A stretch of 32,000 bases of DNA, taken from Erysipelotrichaceae bacterium. Its GTDB lineage: Bacteria > Bacillota_I > Bacilli_A > Erysipelotrichales > Erysipelotrichaceae. Below the pieces are notes generated by a model, which was not told the DNA's origin, searched no databases, and worked only from the letters and a program-made list of their open reading frames with translations. The stretch covers positions 1,410,001-1,442,000 of the forward strand of contig OY760660.1 of the NCBI GenBank assembly GCA_963663995.1. The letters run 5' to 3'. Below are positions 28,914 through 32,000 of this stretch, in pieces. Each line of letters opens with the position of its first letter. The first letter of the stretch is position 1. A program made the translations under genes and the position numbers.

Positions 28914-29369
28914 ATGAAACACGAAGAATATATGAGAATTGCGCTTGAAGAAGCTCAGCTTGCCAAACAAGAGAATGAAGTCCCAATCGGTGCCTGTATA
29001 GTAAAAGAGGGTGTTGTTATTTCGAGAGCGCATAATCTAAGAGAAACAAATCAAAATGCAGTGGCTCATGCAGAAATACTTGTGATTGAGAAAGCGTGTC
29101 AGTCACTTAATTCATGGAGACTTGAAGGATGTGTTTTATATGTAACACTTGAACCATGCGCAATGTGTGGCGGGGCTAGTATATTGTCTCGCTTAGATGG
29201 CGTTGTTTATGGGGCAGAGGATCCTAAAGGTGGATCTCTTGGGTCATTGTTTGATTTAAGTTTGGTTAAAGGTTTTAATCATCAGCCTTGGATTAAATCA
29301 GGAATTCTAAAAGATGAGTGTTCAAAGATATTAAAAGACTTCTTTAAAGAGAAGAGAGAAAATAAATAA
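28914..29369 (+). CDS. tadA: tRNA-specific adenosine deaminase
   Basis: CDA-fold zinc motifs HAEILVIE and TLEPCAMCGGA. The N-terminus MKHEEYMRIALEEAQLA is the usual TadA start. The track's 35-codon upstream extension (from 28809) runs through ffs and its promoter, so I discard it. Confidence 0.9.
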   Translation: MKHEEYMRIALEEAQLAKQENEVPIGACIVKEGVVISRAHNLRETNQNAVAHAEILVIEKACQSLNSWRLEGCVLYVTLEPCAMCGGASILSRLDGVVYGAEDPKGGSLGSLFDLSLVKGFNHQPWIKSGILKDECSKILKDFFKEKRENK

Positions 29370-29381
29370 ATAAGTTTCGAG

Positions 29382-29408
29382 ATGCACCCTAATTCAGGGT
29401 GCATTTTT
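29382..29408 (+). terminator. Intrinsic terminator after tadA
   Basis: atgcaccct-aattc-agggtgcat (9-bp stem) followed by tttt. Confidence 0.8.
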
Positions 29409-29416
29409 GTTATAAT
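29408..29416 (+). promoter_or_regulatory. Extended -10 element (TGtTATAAT) upstream of dnaX
   Basis: Read directly, 17 nt upstream of the dnaX ATG, which is preceded by SD agagga. Confidence 0.5.
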
Positions 29417-29433
29417 AAAGGCCTAGAGGAAAT

Positions 29434-31206
29434 ATGGCATATAAAGCACTTTACAGAACATATCGACCACATTCGTTTAATACGGTTGTTGGACAAAAAC
29501 ACATAGTACAAACATTACAAAACGCATTGAAGCAAAACAAAATTTCACATGCGTATCTTTTCTGTGGACCTCGCGGTACAGGGAAAACGACGGTTGCAAA
29601 ACTTGTCGCTAAATCAGTGAATTGTTTAAACCAAGATAAAGCGCCATGTAATGAATGTGAACATTGCAAAACAATACAAAACGGTAATCACCCTGATGTT
29701 ATTGAAATCGATGCAGCAAGTAATAATGGTGTTGATGAGATAAGAGATTTAATTGAAAAGGTAAAATACGCGCCTTTACAAGCAAAATACAAGGTTTATA
29801 TCATAGATGAAGTTCATATGTTAACTCAAGGAGCTTTTAATGCTTTACTTAAAACATTAGAAGAACCTCCACAACATGTCATTTTTATATTGGCAACAAC
29901 AGAACCTCATAAAGTTTTACAAACAATCATTTCAAGATGTCAAAGATATGATTTTGTAAGAGTTAATACAAAAGATATTCAAGGACGTATTGAAGAAGTT
30001 TTAAGAACGGAAAATATTAAATATGAAGAAGAAGCAACCCGCTTAATCAGTCAACTTGCTGATGGTGGAGTGCGTGATGCCTTAAGTATCTTAGAACAAG
30101 TCATTGCTTATAGTGGGGATGAACTTAATACTCAACATGTAAATGATATTTATGGTATCGCAACAACTCAAGATAAACTACGTTTATTGGATGCGATTAT
30201 TGAAAAAGATGTATCTAAATTAATGAGTGAAATTGAGTTTATCACGCAGAAAAATATTGATATTAAACGTTTAACGAATGATTTGATGGATTTAATCAAA
30301 GAATCAATCGTTTATGCATTTACTAATGATGAAAAATTATTAAGCAAATTAACACTAAAAGAAGCCAAATCACTCAATCGTATCCAACCATTAATTGGTT
30401 TAAAGATGATTGAAGATTTAATGGATACTGCTGAGAAGTATAGAACAGCTTCTGACTTAATGTCTTATTTTGAAATTGGATTACTAAAGGTCATGGGACA
30501 CTTAAGTGATTCTAAAGTTGTTGTAAAAGAAAAAGAAGTTAATAAAGTTGTTAAAGAAATTGTTGTTGAAAAACCAGTAAAAGTAGTTCGAAAAGCAATT
30601 GAACCAGTAAATGAACCTGAAAATGTTGCAATAATTAATATACCTGAACCGATTGAGTCAGAGTCGGTTAATTTAGAAAAAGAAGAAGTGATAGAGTCTT
30701 TAGAAACTATTACATCTAAAAAAGACAATGATATTCGTGTCATGGATTTAGAAGAACGAGTTAAATTGCTTGTAGCTGGCGATAAAGTGGTTCGCCTAAA
30801 AATATCTCAAGAATGGATGAAAATCCAAGATAGTAAATTTGATTTAAAATGGGGTAAAGTAGCACACTTGTTAGCAAACACTGAATTAAAAGCAGCAAAT
30901 GATAACTTTTTAGCGGTAGCTCATGAGGATCCAGAAATAGTAAGTGAACTAAATAGTTTAGATCACGTTGATGAATTGTCTGATTTTACACAACATATAT
31001 TTGGTGTACATCGACAAGTCTTTGCGATGACTAATAATGAATATCAAGAAACTGTACAAGAATTCTTAAAACGACAAGGGGACGGTAATTTACCAAAACC
31101 AAAAGTCATTAAGAAAAAAGAAGTTAAAGAAGAAAAATCAGTGACAAGTGATTTAGAAACTAATGTTTTAAATCTATTTGGTGAAGAAAACGTTGAGATT
31201 ATTTAA
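29434..31206 (+). CDS. dnaX: DNA polymerase III subunit tau (gamma/tau)
   Basis: 590-aa ORF with AAA+ Walker A (GPRGTGKTT), a zinc module (CLNQDKAPCNECEHC), Walker B (IIDEVHML), SRC (ISRCQRY), a K/E/V-rich linker, and a Firmicute-type C-terminal domain ending LFGEENVEII. Confidence 0.96.
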   Translation: MAYKALYRTYRPHSFNTVVGQKHIVQTLQNALKQNKISHAYLFCGPRGTGKTTVAKLVAKSVNCLNQDKAPCNECEHCKTIQNGNHPDVIEIDAASNNGVDEIRDLIEKVKYAPLQAKYKVYIIDEVHMLTQGAFNALLKTLEEPPQHVIFILATTEPHKVLQTIISRCQRYDFVRVNTKDIQGRIEEVLRTENIKYEEEATRLISQLADGGVRDALSILEQVIAYSGDELNTQHVNDIYGIATTQDKLRLLDAIIEKDVSKLMSEIEFITQKNIDIKRLTNDLMDLIKESIVYAFTNDEKLLSKLTLKEAKSLNRIQPLIGLKMIEDLMDTAEKYRTASDLMSYFEIGLLKVMGHLSDSKVVVKEKEVNKVVKEIVVEKPVKVVRKAIEPVNEPENVAIINIPEPIESESVNLEKEEVIESLETITSKKDNDIRVMDLEERVKLLVAGDKVVRLKISQEWMKIQDSKFDLKWGKVAHLLANTELKAANDNFLAVAHEDPEIVSELNSLDHVDELSDFTQHIFGVHRQVFAMTNNEYQETVQEFLKRQGDGNLPKPKVIKKKEVKEEKSVTSDLETNVLNLFGEENVEII

Positions 31207-31796
31207 TGTATCCAAAAACATTGCAGAAATTAATAGATGAATTAAGGAAATTGCCTGGTGTAGGAGCTAAAACAGCTGAACGCTATGCTTTTTCATTGTT
31301 AGCTCAGTCTGAAGCTGAAGTATTATCGCTTGCACAAGCGCTTGTTGATTCAAAACATAATTTGCATGAGTGCGAAGTTTGTGGAAACATCAGTGAACAT
31401 GAACAATGTGAAATTTGTTTGAACCCTAAAAGAGACCATTCAATTATTATGGTTGTCCAAGATGAAAAAGATGTTATTGCTATTGAAAAAACATCACATT
31501 TTATGGGGGTTTATCATGTGTTACATGGTGTTATTTCAACATCTAAAGGTGTATTGCCAGATGATTTGAATATTCAATCATTAATTAAAAGATCCAATGA
31601 AAATATAAAAGAAGTAATATTAGCGATTAATCCAACCGTTGAAGGTGAGATGACTTCTCTTTATCTTGCGAAAAGATTAGAACCATTAAATATACAAGTG
31701 ACTCGGTTAGCCAGTGGTTTACCAATGGGATCTCATATGGATTATGCGGATGAATTGACTTTAATACGAGCGTTAGATGGAAGGAAAAAACTATAA
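31206..31796 (+). CDS. recR: Recombination protein RecR
   Basis: 196-aa ORF with HhH (LRKLPGVGAKTAERYAF), a C4 zinc finger (CEVCGNISEHEQCEIC), and Toprim (IMVVQDEKDVIAIEKT). Its start overlaps the dnaX stop (TAATG). Confidence 0.96.
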   Translation: MYPKTLQKLIDELRKLPGVGAKTAERYAFSLLAQSEAEVLSLAQALVDSKHNLHECEVCGNISEHEQCEICLNPKRDHSIIMVVQDEKDVIAIEKTSHFMGVYHVLHGVISTSKGVLPDDLNIQSLIKRSNENIKEVILAINPTVEGEMTSLYLAKRLEPLNIQVTRLASGLPMGSHMDYADELTLIRALDGRKKL

Positions 31797-32000
31797 ATGA
31801 AGACAGATATTCAAATTGCACAAGAAGCAATGATAAAACCAATCAAAGTGATTGCAGAAAAAATAGGTCTTGTTGATGAAGATATTGAATATTATGGGAA
31901 ATATAAAGCTAAAATTGACCTTTCCATCAACGAGAAACTTAAAAATAACAAGGATGGCAAAGTTGTATTGGTTACAGCCTTAACACCAACAAAAGCAGGT
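31797..32000 (+). CDS. fhs: Formate-tetrahydrofolate ligase, 5' partial (runs off the window)
   Basis: Not in the ORF track because it has no stop within the window. My translation is [68 protein letters not shown], which matches the conserved FTHFS N-terminus (SDIEIAQ ... YGKYKAK ... VTAINPTPAGEG). Confidence 0.88.
   Translation, partial: MKTDIQIAQEAMIKPIKVIAEKIGLVDEDIEYYGKYKAKIDLSINEKLKNNKDGKVVLVTALTPTKAG

Noticed and set aside
30715-30750. An A-run, tct aaa aaa gac, in dnaX at codon 428-430, considered as a possible gamma-subunit -1 frameshift site like E. coli A AAA AAG
   Set aside because: The -1 frame does terminate after about 9 codons, near the position of E. coli gamma. However, there is no upstream SD-like stimulator and no downstream stem-loop. 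The heptamer phase (T AAA AAA G) differs from the E. coli site, similar A6 runs are common in this AT-rich genome, and gamma production by frameshifting is not established in Bacillota.
31200-31210. Absence of ybaB/yaaK (ebfC) between dnaX and recR
   Set aside because: dnaX and recR overlap directly (TAATG), and the DnaX C-terminus is a normal Firmicute tau tail rather than a fused YbaB. The gene may simply lie elsewhere in the genome, so absence from one window tells us nothing.

Overview
This is an AT-rich window (about one-third G+C by eye, not computed) that uses the standard genetic code. TGA acts as a stop, for example in the ATGA overlaps of yaaA/recF and metG with the glycosylase gene. 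The window covers the chromosomal replication origin of a low-GC Bacillota-type bacterium, and its gene order closely follows the Bacillus subtilis oriC neighbourhood. Left of the origin, genes are mostly on the minus strand: jag(khpB)-yidC-rnpA-rpmH, pth-mfd-yabO(rqcP)-divIC, gpmI, tmk-holB-yaaT(ricT)-rsmI, and a T-box-controlled metG followed by an HhH-GPD glycosylase and an HTH-PfkB kinase. Right of the origin, genes are all on the plus strand: dnaA-dnaN, yaaA-recF-gyrB-gyrA, a T-box-controlled serS, ffs (small SRP RNA), tadA, dnaX-recR, and the 5' end of fhs. A bipartite oriC, with DnaA-box clusters on both sides of dnaA, lies at about 18.34-20.30 kb, and gene orientation switches there. 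I found no CRISPR array, mobile element, tRNA/rRNA, toxin-antitoxin or defence-like cassette. I see no convincing evidence for a novel multi-gene system; this looks like core housekeeping DNA. The points most worth a second look are: (1) gyrA is the only gene with a broken frame, at two separate A-runs. (2) The ORF track missed rpmH, ffs and the partial fhs, and it over-extends several N-termini (tadA, pth, rnpA, nudF, gyrB, the DUF1275 gene and the YczE-like gene). (3) An identical 17-nt palindromic element flanks serS. (4) Several genes lack a Shine-Dalgarno sequence and sit either 6-8 nt behind a -10 box or directly behind an RNA 3' hairpin. (5) The dnaA-dnaN spacer has a box pair, GC cluster and (TAA)4 arrangement.
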